64,000 nucleotides of DNA from Mobula birostris (GCF_030028105.1 NC_092379.1:28637821-28701820); one strand, 5' to 3'. Shown: positions 24,171-36,900, counted from the first letter of the stretch. Translations and numbers: made by a program. The notes: a model not told the origin generated them from the letters alone.

Positions 24171-27100
24171 TAATTTGAATAAAACAAACAGAGGAAGATT
24201 TGAAGATTATATTCCGATAAAATAGAAGTTACTCAAGTAAGTTCAAGAGACTTTCCGGGAGACTCGGCGCTTTCGTTTCGATGTATTCTCGTGTACCGTC
24301 TCTCTTCCTATGTTCCGATGGGAGAATTTACTGCCGATTGCCTGTCCGTGATATTGGAATTAAAAGAATGCTCGACTGTAACATCGAAACAACGACTGCT
24401 GTCTCCTCTCTCGCTTTCGAGCAAACCATATAAGAATCTCCCTTGTTAGCGTGAGAGAGAGAATGCCTGTGGGACGACGGAATGTTGCAGTAAACAGCTA
24501 TTTTTTCCTGTACTGCAGGCCAAGCCTCTCCTTGTACCTTTGCGGTGACTTCGATGGTGGTTGGTGGTGGAAATGCTGATGCTTTATATTACAATGAGTG
24601 AGAGAAGTAGAAGCTGGTTAGGTTAATGCTGCCGGCGCTGATTTTCGAGAGATGTGGCAGTGGACGTTCAGCTACTTACCTTTTTTTTTCTGACAATGAC
24701 GCTTTGGGTTTTTGTTCTGTATTAAGGATATCTGTGGAGACTATATATTTCAAGTTATGTATTGTGTCCATTCTCCGATTTTAAACGTAACCGTTTAAGC
24801 ATGTTGGGCATTCTTTTCGCAGTACTCTGTTATATCTGACAACAGCAAATTATATAATACACGTAAACCAGTTTGGGGTAACTGTAAGCGTCTGCAAAGT
24901 GAAGGAATACATCAGGCTGTCTTTCATTAGTTCACAAAATATCGGTTGAGCGGGGAATTTGCGGTAGTTGTGTACTGCAGAGCGCCTGTCGTGGCACCCT
25001 GGCGATATCTGGTGTTATTTCACCATGGATCCGATTGGATTCCGACAATTTTGATGCTGTGAGCAAATACTTCTGTGCTCAGTTTCCGCTTTTTGCGCGT
25101 TACCAAGTGTTACACTGCCCGCAAAAGACGTCCTGGGTAGCATGTGCCCGTGATCGGAGGATCACTGAGTGTGGACGTTAAGAGGAATGTGCGATAATTG
25201 GGCTGATAAATCAGTTGACCATAAGACCATAAGAATCGAGGAACTGGATTAGGCCACTTGATCTATCGAGTCTGCTCCACCATTACCAGAAGAGACAGTG
25301 TAGTAATGGAATTCTTCGACACAGTAAACATGTAATTAAAATAATAGCTTCAAAACGTCTAAATATACCTTTGGAAACAGAAGCTATCACTTTGTGCTCC
25401 CTCGGTAGTAATGTGACGTTCCCTCTCTTTGTCTCTTCGATCGTGAGGTGATTCAAAGTTCTTAAAGCAGCAATGGATTATTTCCTCTCCAAGAGTACTG
25501 AACGGTAGGATGAAATTGAATCTCAATCTTATCCACCCCGCTATGACCTTGCTCTATAATACCTTGCTGCGCTGCATTTTTATATGGCTCTTACAATTCA
25601 TTGTTGCATTATTTTATTGTTTAATTTTGCACTACCTCCATCAGGGGTGTTTTGAATTCATCTGTAAAAACCGAATCAAGGCAATCATGTGACAATAATA
25701 AACAAATTCCTATCCAATTTACATATGTAGCGAAATTCACCTGGAAATAAAATTATATCAGTTAAATCCGGTTGGGAAACTAGATTATTCAAGCAATCAC
25801 CCTGTTGTGATCCCATTCCCTCTCTCCTCCCTCGCTCTCTTATACACGGAAAATGCCTTCAAAAATATGAATCTCGTAGTATGCGATCGCGTATATGTAG
25901 TTTAATCATAAATTCACTTTAAATATTGAACCCCTTTCTCACAGCGACGACCAAAATGGTATCTGCATTCTCTATAACGCTAAGCATCCGCAGGTTGTGT
26001 CTCATTATCTAAATTCTCAAAATAAACAATAAGTAGTTTTTCCAACATCCTGACTTTCATTAGCGTGCCACTTGCAATTCTTCATCAATCGGAAAACCAC
26101 AAATTTTCTCACCATCTGGTGTCCTTTAGTCCAATGGTCCCCAATCACCGGGCCGTGGACCGATACCAGGCCGCAAAGCATGTGCTACCGGCCCGCGGGA
26201 AAACGATATGATTTGGCTATATGAAACATTATAAGTCAGCTGCCCCTTTCCTCATTCCCTGTCACGCCCACTAATGAACGCACGCTAGGTCATTACTCAC
26301 GCGAGGACATCAGTTGGTTATTAACCTGCAACTAATCAATGAGTAAAAAACAATCGTAGCTTGAGTTGCTTTGAAATAGGTGGTAGGAGATATAAAAGGC
26401 CTAACGATGACGTTAGCGCAGAGACAGCTGAGGCCGAGACTGCAAAAAAAAAAATAACAGAAAGCTTCCTTCAACAGAACATGCGACTAGTCGTACATAA
26501 AATATAGCGTTATTACGACCGGTGACTCGCACGCTCCAAGCCCCCAGTCTGTGATATGTGCAGACAAGCTGTCTAATCAGACAATGAAGCCCTCAAAACT
26601 GCTTCGTAACCTTCAGCCCTAGCACCCTGCATTTAAAGACAAAGACGTTGAGATTTTTGAGAGGAAGAAACGTGAGCAAGTGGAACAGAAGCAAGTGCTG
26701 AGAGCCACCACCTCCACAAATGCTGCTGCTCTGAGAGCGTCGTACTTAGCGGCTAGCCGTATTGCTAAGGTTAAGAAGACTTTCACTGTTGGTGAAGAAT
26801 TGATTCTGCGTGCTGCCAAAGACATATACTGCGAACTGTTGGCAGAACCTGCAGCTAACAAGATGGTACAGGATTCTTTTGCAGCTACCACAAAATCAAG
26901 GAGGATCGATGACATAGCGCAGGACATCGCAGCAAAGCTGTTGGAACGGCTTAACTAGTCTGCTTTCACAAACCGAGTCAAAGAGGTTGCTCCTGAATGC
27001 CAGTCTACACACCATGTCACACACGGGGAAATGCTGACGAGCCGAACAATGTCAGCTGACCTTTTCAGCGTATTGAGTGACGTTGTTGAAGTTATCAATC

Positions 27101-27778
27101 ACATCAAAGTAAAAGCACTGACCTCACGTTTGTTTGAACAGCTTTGTGAGGAAATGGATACAGGACACAAACGCCTTCTCTTAACACTGAAGTCAGGTGG
27201 CTATGAAGGGAGAGAGCCCCGGCCAGGGTTTTCGAGATAAGAGGGAGGATACTGCGATTTCTTTCGAGAAAAAAGTCACCGTTGGCAGCACACTTCATTG
27301 GCCAGGAATGGACGGCAATACTCGCTTATTTGTGTGTCAACTTCCACCTGCCCAATGAACTCAATTTGCCACTTCAGGGGAGAATGAGAACTGTCTTCAA
27401 GTTGGCAGCTAAAGTGTCTTCTTTCACAGCTAAACTAGAACTGTGGGGACGGCGAGTGGACAGGGGCATATTTGACATGTTCCCAACATTAGCAGGGAAT
27501 CTGGGAGAAACTGAGGCTCACAGCTGGTGCAGGATCACCTATCTTCGCTGTAGACAAATTTCGAGCGTTACTTCCCAACCGCAAATGACCCAAGACGTGC
27601 AAAGCCGTGACGCATTTGTGAATGTCCCTGGAGAATCATCTATGTCAGCGTGAGAAGAAGATCAACTCATCGGCCTTGCAAATGACGGTGGGCTGAATAG
27701 TATGTTTGATATAACATACCTTCCGGCATTCTGGATCAAAGTCAAGGCTGAGTATATTGAGATAACCACGAAAGCACT

Positions 27779-28724
27779 GAAACTTCTGGAATGCCTGGTT
27801 CGCTGCTGTTGTTACTGTGCGATTGAGAATCTCCGAAGGGTAGGCCCCAAAGTCCCTGGCTTTGCCTGCTGCTGGCGAACGAGGCTGGGGTCGAAACGTT
27901 CGGACAGAGATGGTGCTCGGTACTCGGTGTCGGAGGGCTGACCAGAGCTCGAAGTTTTCGGACGACTCAGAGTCGCACTGTGGTCGGGTATGGCAGGGAG
28001 AGTCTTCTTCCGTCTCTCGTCTCCGTGCTTCCATTTCCAACATCATATCTCTGAGAAGCGGCTTTTCTGCAATGAATGCAAATGAACACTAAATTGCGGA
28101 ATAGACGGGACATAAGGAACCCCCTTATAATTGACGTATCACTATATGCATGCGAGGAAAATATGCGCTGTGTGTTTAATATTAAATTCGTTAGATAAAC
28201 CCTTTTAGAAACGAAATTGTGATTAGATTAGATTATTAGATTATGAGGACACGCAGTCCTCTTATATTGTCATTTAGTAATGCATGCATTAAGAACTGAC
28301 ACAATATTCCTCCGATGTGATATCACAAAACCACAGGACAGACCAAGATTGAAAAAAATAACAAAACCACATTATTATAACATATAATTACAACAGTGCA
28401 ACAATACCATAACTTGTTAAAGAGCAGTCCATGGCACAGTAAAAAAGGTCAAAGTTTCTCGAAATTCCCGCATCTCACGGAGACGAGAGACGGAAGAAAA
28501 CTCTTCCTGCCATACCCGACCACAGTGCGACTCTGAGTCGTCCGAAAACTTCGAGCTCTGATCAGCCCTCCGACACCGAGTACCGAACACCATCTCTGTC
28601 CGAACGTTTCGACTCCAGCCTCGTTCGCCAGCAGCAGGCAAAGCCAGGGACTTTGGGGCCTACCCTTCGGAGATTCTCAATCGCATAGTAACAACAGCAG
28701 CGAACCAGGCATTCCAGAAATTTC
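27779..28724. repeat. Inverted repeat, 249-bp arms (27779-28027 / 28476-28724)
   Basis: Direct reverse-complement match with few mismatches; two near-identical ORFs on opposite strands in the ORF track. Confidence 0.95.
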
Positions 28725-28855
28725 TCCAGATGTTCCTCTGCTTCTCACGCCTGTCTTCATCAAATCAGAATTGTCCGCGGCCCCTATTTAACAGATACAA
28801 TATCAGTTTCACTGGAGAGCTGCGCGTGCGTCGCGCTGCCACTTCTCCTCCCGCC
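28216..28855 (-). mobile_element. Non-autonomous retroelement inserted in the hAT
   Basis: (TAATC)n tail at 28216-28245, GC-rich 5' end, no long ORF. Confidence 0.6.
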
Positions 28856-29089
28856 TGAGCGTATTAGCCACTGACTGAGTATTAGATTGAGTCAATTAGC
28901 CACTGATAAGGGCCTTAGAGTTGATTTATCACCTGTAATCTGGTCCCCACCCCACCCCCCCCACCCCCGTCGGCCAGGCCGAAAGAATATTGTCAATGTT
29001 AAACCGTTCCGCGGTGCAAAAGAGGTTTGGGACCCCAGCTCTAACAAACCCAAAGTTTGTGAGAGGCGCCGGATCCTTATGGGTTGAGT

Positions 29090-30690
29090 TAAGAAACTAC
29101 AAGGGTTAAGGAACACTGCCGGCAGCTATATGCAAACCTCCGGACAGTATGTAGAATGCGGAGTACAGATTACAAGAGGAAATGGAAAAGGCGTCTCAAA
29201 GGGTAATGTTATGTTAGCCATGGGAGATGTGAACATGCAGGTTGATTGGGAAAGTCAGGTTAGATATGGATCTCAAGAAAGTGAAACGACATTTTAGAGC
29301 CAATGTCCATCACCCTGCACGGCGATCAGTTGTACAGGATTGGGTGTTGTGTAATAAACTGGAGATAATTAGTGACCTTAGGATAATAGAACAATTTCAA
29401 GGTAGTGATCCAGATATGACTGAGTTCAACTTGAAATTTGCCACTGAGAAAGTAAAGTCTGACGAAGCAGTATTACAGCACAGCAAAGGAAATTTCAGTG
29501 GTATGTGAGGGGAGTTGGCCAACGAATTCAGAATGCAGGACTTGGAAGGACAGGCTGCAAGGGTGGACAACAGAGCAGTAATTGCGTGAATTTCTGGGGG
29601 AAATGAGAAAGGTGCCCGAGAGTTGTGTCCAAAAAATGAGGAAATACGCAAATGGAAAAGTAGTACAACCGTGGCCGACAAAAGGAGTCATAGCTAATGT
29701 AAAAGCAAAAGAGCGGGTATACAACTAAGCAAAAATTAGTAGCAAGACAGAGGATCAGGAAGCTTTCAAAACTCGAGAGTAAAACTAAAAGAATCATTAG
29801 GAGGAAAAATATTATACATGAGCGTAAGCTAGCAAACAATACCAAAGTAGATAAAAAAAAGTATTTTCAAGAATGTAAAAAAAAAAATAAAAGTGAATGG
29901 AGACTACATATAGAAAGCAAGAAAATGTAGCCGAAGAAATAATGCTGGGGGGCAAGTTGATGGCAGATGAACGATATGAGTATTTCACATCAGGCTTCAC
30001 TGTGGAAGACCCGAGCAGCGGGTCAGACATTGAAGGGTGCAAGGGAAGACATCTGAGTGCAATTACAGTTACAAGGGTGAAGGTCCTCAAAACGCCGAAG
30101 AACATATAAATCATCCGAAGCACATGAACAGTACCCTTGCGCCCTGAAAGTGTTAGCGGTAGAGATTGCGGAGGCATTAGGAATGATTTTTCAAAATCAT
30201 TGTCAATGATATAGATGATGGAATATATGGCTGTGTTGCGAAGTTTGTAGATGATACAAAGATTGGTGGAAGGATACGTCGTTCTGAGGAAACATGCAGG
30301 CAACAGAAGGCCAGAAAGATGAGGAGAATAGGGAAGAGATTGGCAGACGAAGTACGATGCACCAAAACGCATATCATGCATATTGGTATAATAAATAAAT
30401 ATGCAGACTATTTTGTAAGCGGGGAAAAATCCAGAAATCTACGATGCAAAGATATTTGGAGGATCCAAGTGCAGAACACCCTGACGGTTAACTTGCAGGT
30501 ACGGTCGGTGGTGATGAAGTAAATGCGATGTTAGCATTCATTTCAAGATGTCCAAAATACATTGGCAGACACGTAATGCAGAGGATTTATAAGACACGTG
30601 AGGCCACACCTTGAGCATTTCTGATCAGTTTTAGGTTCCTATTCTAACAAAGATATACTGGCGTTGGAAAGGGTTCAGAGGACATTCACA
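29090..30690 (+). mobile_element. Decayed CR1-type LINE
   Basis: Colinear with 800-2390. Confidence 0.75.
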
Positions 30691-30848
30691 TGGATGACAC
30701 AATCAGTCCCGCAAGCAAAGCAGCTGACCAACTAACTGAAAAATGTCGTCAGTAATTTCTCCCCTTTCCCCTGGAGCTTCGCCTTCTTAAGTCAACCCCG
30801 TGTCAGTGGTGGATATTTGATTGCGCTCCGGCTGTTTTCCCGCAAAGT

Positions 30849-30862
30849 GCTCCCTCTAGCGA
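30849..30862 (-). promoter_or_regulatory. CTCF-like motif 23 bp downstream of the RSS nonamer
   Basis: TCGCTAGAGGGAGC. Confidence 0.6.
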
Positions 30863-30885
30863 GCGCTCACTGTATCACGGAGGTC

Positions 30886-30924
30886 GGATTTTGTCTGGAG
30901 ACGTCATCACCTTGCAACACTGTG
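30886..30924 (-). other. 23-RSS
   Basis: CACAGTG + 23 nt + ACAAAATCC. Confidence 0.95.
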
Positions 30925-31357
30925 GGCATCATGGCACAAAGATAAACGGCGGAGTCCGACCCAAGAACACCAGAGATATTCAAATGGGCTGCCTTGCTGC
31001 CAGGCTGCCAACCAGCGATAAACCTCGCTGGACATTCTGGATGCCGTTCCATCGTGCCAGTGCTATATACCTTCAACGAATATCTCGGAGATTCCACGCG
31101 ATGCTGAACGTACCAAACAATAGATTGAGGATCGCCAGTGTAATTACAGTTCAGTGTTACAATTTGTTCTTCCGCGATCGTTAATTCAAGAGGCCATTGC
31201 GTCACCGAATCTTTCCCATTTGTTCCTGCAATAAAAGGACAGAGTGCATGAACAGATCGGGCTTTCTTCGGACATACCGAACACATATAGGGCGTTACCG
31301 CGGAGACTCACCGGGTAGCATAGTCAATATAATCATCAGACAACACAGAGAATTCAT
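30925..31357 (-). CDS. Intact TCR alpha/delta-type V gene segment (leader 31357-31312, V exon 31225-30925)
   Basis: Leader MNSLCCLMIILTMLP|G with GTGAGT donor, 86-nt intron. Open 301-nt exon GTNGKDSVTQWP...LNCNY...VWYVQ...DSAVYLCAMM. Canonical heptamer. Confidence 0.92.
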
Positions 31358-31486
31358 GGTGTCTGGCTTCAAACTCGATCGAAAGAGAGCTTACTCTCAA
31401 CAAGTTGATATCCTTGACCGATATAGAAGAGTAAAATTAGATCTGCAGCATATTCCAGCTGGCGTAAATATTGGGGTGTTGCCCTG

Positions 31487-31581
31487 CCAATGCATTGATT
31501 GGCTGTGAGCACCAATCTGCGCCGTTCCGAGCACCAATTATACATCGGTTTGTTTCAGTTCCTCTACTTGCTTTTATAAAT
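31487..31581. promoter_or_regulatory. CCAAT cluster plus TATA-like box upstream of the 31 kb V (copy at ~2945-3050)
   Basis: CCAAT at 31487, ATTGG at 31498, CCAAT at 31512 and 31534, TATAAAT at 31575. Confidence 0.45.
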
Positions 31582-32009
31582 CCGACGCCCGGAGCTGTAA
31601 ATAGCGTCGCGCTAACCACTGTGCGAGAGTGATTATATTTCACTCTCTTTCTCCCCTCGATGTTTATCGCTCTACTCTCTGTTCTATCAATCACCATCTC
31701 TAGCTCTCTCATATCTTCATTTTTCTTGCGTCTCCTGGAGTTATCCCCGGCGAGCTTGAGTGGCGCCGAATCGTAAAGACGGTGTAGAATACGGGCTAAC
31801 TGATGAAGAAGAAATTATCTAGATACAGCAGTCATTAAAAATCAGCATCAAACGAGAGGGTGATTCGGTGTCGGCATTCACATCAACAATAGAATATTAT
31901 CAAATTGTGACCCAGGTAAAGGTAATTACGTCACATCAGAAGCATCAGAGGCTCGGGGGAGACATGTGCCCTTCTTCACGAACCGCATTGGCATGTTGCC
32001 TATGATGTG

Positions 32010-33905
32010 ACTTCGACTCGACTAGAGTTTGGCTCCAGGTCAGCTTCAATTAGAACTTCATTTTTTTCCCCTCTTACTTTACATAGTGTAGTAGATGGCA
32101 GTTGTGTTTTCTTCATGGCAGATGTTGTAGACCTAGGAGATCTGGAGACTCCCAGGGAGCTATATCTGCATTGAATGCATCTGGCTGAAGCTCCTTGAAA
32201 ACCATGGTAGGGATCTGGAGTGACCAGCTCAATGACCTTAGGCTTGTACGGCAGAGCGAGAAGATAATCGATCGGAGTCATATGGAAGTAGCCACCGCAA
32301 AGCTGCAGGAGGCAAGTGGCTATTGGACTATCAGGAGAAATGGAAATGTGAATAGACAGTTCGCGCAGAGAACACCTGTGGTCATTCCTGTCAATAGTAA
32401 GAAAAGTTTTCTGGAGACCGATGTGGGGAATAAACTCCCAGGGGAATACTAGGGAGACAGGGCTACTGCCACGGAGCATAGGTCCGTGCTGCAGATGGGA
32501 GAGAGGAAGAAGAAGAGAGCGGTAGCAATAGCGGACTCAACAATCATGGGAACAGACAGGAGATTCTGTGGACGTGAACACGACACCCTGATGGTATTCT
32601 GCTTCCCAGATTTCAGTTTCGAGTCTCATCCACGACATTTTAGAGAGGGAGAAACAGCATCCAGATGTTCTGGTACACATTGGCTCCAATGACACACGAA
32701 AGAAGAGCACGGAGATCCTGAAAAGGGTATTTGCAGAGCAACGAAGACAGTACTAGCAGATGTTGACGGGTACGAGGGAAGTACAGTTAATATTACAAGG
32801 CTCAAAGAGCCGAAAGAGCTAAGTCATCCGTACCAGATGAACTGCAACCTCTGGTTTTGAAAGAAGTAATAGCACTAGCTGTTGGGTTGGAGGTAACGAA
32901 TAGTACTAAAATAATCCGGTTGGCTGCCAGTGACAGGTAGTTCTCTGCAGGTGTCCGGTTGGGAGTAATGCTTTTTATGCTGTACATCAATGATTTATAT
33001 GATAGAACCCTTCGCTTTGTTGCCAGGTTGCAGATGATACGAAGACTGATGGAGGGTCGGGGTGTATTGATAAAACAGGTAAGCTGCAGAAAGCCTGAGA
33101 CAAAAGACCAGAATGGGAAAGAGAGTGGTAAATGAAATATAATGCTGGAAAATGCTTGGCCATGCACTCTGTTGCAAGAAATAATTATGCAGGCTATTTT
33201 CTAAACGTGGACAAAAGCCAAAACGAATATGTGCAAAGATGCAACGGGGCTTGGTAGTCCCTGTGCAGATCACCCTAGAGATGAATTTTCTCCCAGCGTC
33301 GGCGGTGAGGAAGAGAAATACAATTTTAGAACTAATTTCAGGAGATCAAGAATAGAACAGTAGGGATGTGATGGTGACTCTTAAAGGCACTGGTGAGGCC
33401 CCACTTTGAGTATCGTGAACAGTATTGGGCTCCCCATTGAAGAAAAAAACCGTTTGCATTGATGATTCCAGTAATGCAAGTGTTATCATACGAGGAAAGA
33501 TTGATATTTATGAGTCTGTGTCCGCTGGAATTTAAAAGGATGATGGGGATCTCACGGAATCCTTTCGAATGTTGAAAGGCCCAGACAGAGCAGATGTGTA
33601 AAGGATGTTTCATATAGTGAGGGAGTCTACGACAAGAGGGCAAAGCCTCAGGAGAGACGGGCGTCAATTCAATACAGAGATGCGGAGAAATTGCATGTGC
33701 TGAATTTGTTGCATTTGTTAGCACGGGCAACTGGGGTGGTCAGGTGGTTTGGTATGCTTAAGGCAGAGCGTGATATGTTTTTGATTGGCCTCGGTATCAA
33801 AGGTTCCGAAGGGAAGGCCGGCAGTGGGGCTGAGAGAGGTTCAATCGATCAGCCATGACTTAATGGCGGAGCAGATTCGATGGACCATAAGCCCTAATTC
33901 TTCTT
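32010..33905 (+). mobile_element. Internally deleted CR1-type LINE
   Basis: ORF1 motif AIADSTIMGTDRRFCGRE, RT C-terminal remnants, short-repeat 3' tail. Confidence 0.7.
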
Positions 33906-34173
33906 CTCAGTTTTATGGTCTTACGGTCTTACCCTCTGTTCCGAAATGGGCAAGTTTTACCGGACATTCAGTTTTTCACTTTCGACCCTCTTCGAGTGTC
34001 TTCTTCATGCTGTATCCGTACGTGAATATGTTTTGTTCCCTTCTTCGTCTCCCTTAATCACTCTAATCGCCTGTTTCTTCTCTTGTCTGTTCATTCTCTG
34101 TACCCTGCTCTTTCCGTTTCTCTTTCTTTTGTCCTCCACTTTTCTCTCTATATTTCGTTCTCTCACTTTCCCT

Positions 34174-34205
<32 letters not shown>

Positions 34206-35477
34206 GTATCTATCTCTCTTCTATCTATCTCTTCCCTCGTTTCCTCGTTTGCACGGATTCACTGCGGATCTTCTAATTGGCAAACATTTATCCACGCATC
34301 AGTATATTCCTCCTTATACGAATCTGCTACTAGGGGTTGTGGGTATGTTGTAGCTCTTGTCTCCCTGCCCCTTCACCCTCTTGTAGCCCCTGATCAGGGA
34401 GGTTGTGTTTTCTCCTGAGGACGGGGCGTTGTTCGATGTTGTGCAGGATGCGGTGGGCAGCGGACGCGCTCCATTCCAACAGCCCGTTGTACGCAGGATC
34501 TGTTCAGTCCAGATCGGCAATCGCACTTCATTAGGGAGGGCTGAACATGCAAATATACATAGCGGAACCCGGCACAAAACCACTGAAGATACTTGAATCC
34601 AAGCAGTGGCCATTTCATGTCCAAACATCCTAAAATCTTCACCGATGTCGTTTGCTACTGAGTTTCGCTCTCATAAATAAACCACGCGATTCTCGCAAAT
34701 ATTTGGGTACGCCACTTCGACTTTTCTAGCACGGCCCGCCATCTAGCGACGGTTTTCTGCATCACACCTCGCACATACAGTACGTACTTCCAACATAAAT
34801 TCACTTTGAACAATGACCATTTCTCACAGCCCTGGAATGCAACGACCAAAATACTATTGCATTTTCTAATACACTAAACAGCCGTAGGATCTGTCTCATT
34901 TTCGAAATACTCAGTATAAATTACAAGTAGTCACTGCAACATCCTTAATTTCAGCAGCGTAGCACCTGCTGTTCTTTGTCTAACTAAAAACAACGATTTG
35001 CCCACGCTCTGTTTCCCTCATTGAACCACTGTCCTATTTAAATATATTGCAGTTCCACTCCGTCCTTATTACTTCTCCATGCAGAAGCTCGAACAATGTG
35101 ACCAAAGACGACGTCATACTAGGTTGTCAATCGCGATATGCAGTTGCAGCAAAGAGGGTGGGTGAATGCACATTGCCGTATCCCGGAAATACATTATAAA
35201 GATCCAGTTTGGGTGCGCGTTGGAGTCATGAACTGTTCCTTTACCTTCGGCGATTTCTGTTGGTCAAAAGATTGATTGGTAGATCAAAAATAAGCACCGA
35301 TCAGAATAGCCTTTGAGTAGTGTCAAAGTTTCCACTAGTTTTCGGTGTCACTATCTGCCTGAGTGCCTCATCTCTCATATTCCGTCTCCTTTCTCACCAT
35401 ACCGCTCTCAAACACACTAACTCTCTTCCTTAGAATGTATTAACTGTTGCTTGAATTAAGCCAATATTGATTCCAAG

Positions 35478-36504
35478 TGTTGTCTAGTGAAGAGAACATG
35501 TGACCTTCGCTGGTTAGTTTACCTGTTGTGAGGGGATCCAGGAGTATCCCTATTAACTGTTTGGAGAGAGACATTTATCATTGTTGGTTTGTTTGGGAAG
35601 GAGAGAGAGACAGAGTTATTTACCACCGATATGTTACTTTTGAAAACAGAGAGAGAGACGACGGTTAACGGTTGGACTGTCACTTCAAGGCACTGGAAGT
35701 AACTTTGGATCTCTACTGAGTTTGGAGTTGGGGACAGCACCGAGCAGCTCGAAGGTTGCTATAATGACCAAAGGCAGATTGTTGATGTTACTTTCAAGGA
35801 CTTGTTCCCTGCTTGCACTCCTTTACAGACAAAGGAGGGAGGGACTCTTTGAATGACAGGTGATGATCAGCCTGGTGAAATAAATGAGAAGTCAGAAGAT
35901 ACAGACCTCAGACACATGATCTGCACACTGAATGAGCATCGTTGTGCCCGCAGGAAAAGTGGGTTTTGAAGGATCGATAAGGCGGATCGATCCAAATTGC
36001 TATTCCATCGGTGAAGAAGGGGTTGACTGGTGGGGAGTTGTCTATGTATCCACCCTCGCCTGGGTGATACCTCCACCACAGAAGACCGGTCCCCCTGGTT
36101 AATGTCTCAGTCGGTGACTTGTGAAGGATTTCGGAGGACGACGAGAAGATCGAAGGCATCAGCTCACCTGAAGACTCAACTCTCTCTCTCTATCTCTCTC
36201 TCTCTCTCTCTCTACCTCTCTCCATCACTACTCAGCTAAATACCACGAACTGAACTGAACTGAGCTTTACTCAACATCGTAAGACTGTATCTTTTTACAC
36301 CTAGACTTAACGAAGCTTGATTTTCATACATATATATTCCACACTTACTTTTAAATAAAATCATTGCTAACCTGTTTGATTTGGCTACATTTGTATTACT
36401 GTATTACGTAGTTACTAATAAATATTATCAGTCTATAGCAATACGAGACTCCAAAGTGGTTTCTATTTCTCCTGGTTCTTTATCCCGTCACGGGGTCCGT
36501 GACA
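35478..36504. mobile_element. Solo-LTR-like insertion
   Basis: Absent from unit A; TG...CA ends (tgttgtc / ccgtgaca); AATAAA; no TSD seen. Confidence 0.45.
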
Positions 36505-36721
36505 CTGTGCATGTGTGCATATCTGTGTTTGTGTGTGCGGCTGGGTGACGGCGGTGTATTTTTTTATGTGTGTCCCTGTGTGCACGCATGGCTCGCCGTC
36601 TATCGAGTGTTTATATACAGTACCCATAACCTCGTGTCTTCCAACTCGATTTCCCGCAATGTTGTCAATTAGTATAACGTTTGAGACAACTAAGAATTGT
36701 AGATAATGAGTCCCAGAAATG

Positions 36722-36900
36722 CAAACAAAATGCTCAAGGAATTCATCAGGCTAGGCAGCATCTATGTAAATGAGTACAGTCACCATTTCGAGTCGAGATC
36801 GTTCAGCAGGACCGAAAGGATCAGGCCCGAAACATCGACTGTATTTTTTCCATAGATGCTCTCTGGCCTGCGAATTCCTTCAGCATTTTGTGTGTGTGTT
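36722..36900. repeat. Palindrome made of two Penelope-like termini
   Basis: The left half is the approximate reverse complement of the right half. Confidence 0.65.

Larger units (their letters stand above)
26132..29038 (+). mobile_element. Decayed hAT DNA transposon (Charlie/Buster, ZBED5/SCAND3-like)
   Basis: ALRASYLAASRIAKVKKTFTVGEELILRAAKDI and LPFPTSYL..GFSAM. TIR-like ends caatggtccccaa / tttgggacccc. Confidence 0.88.
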
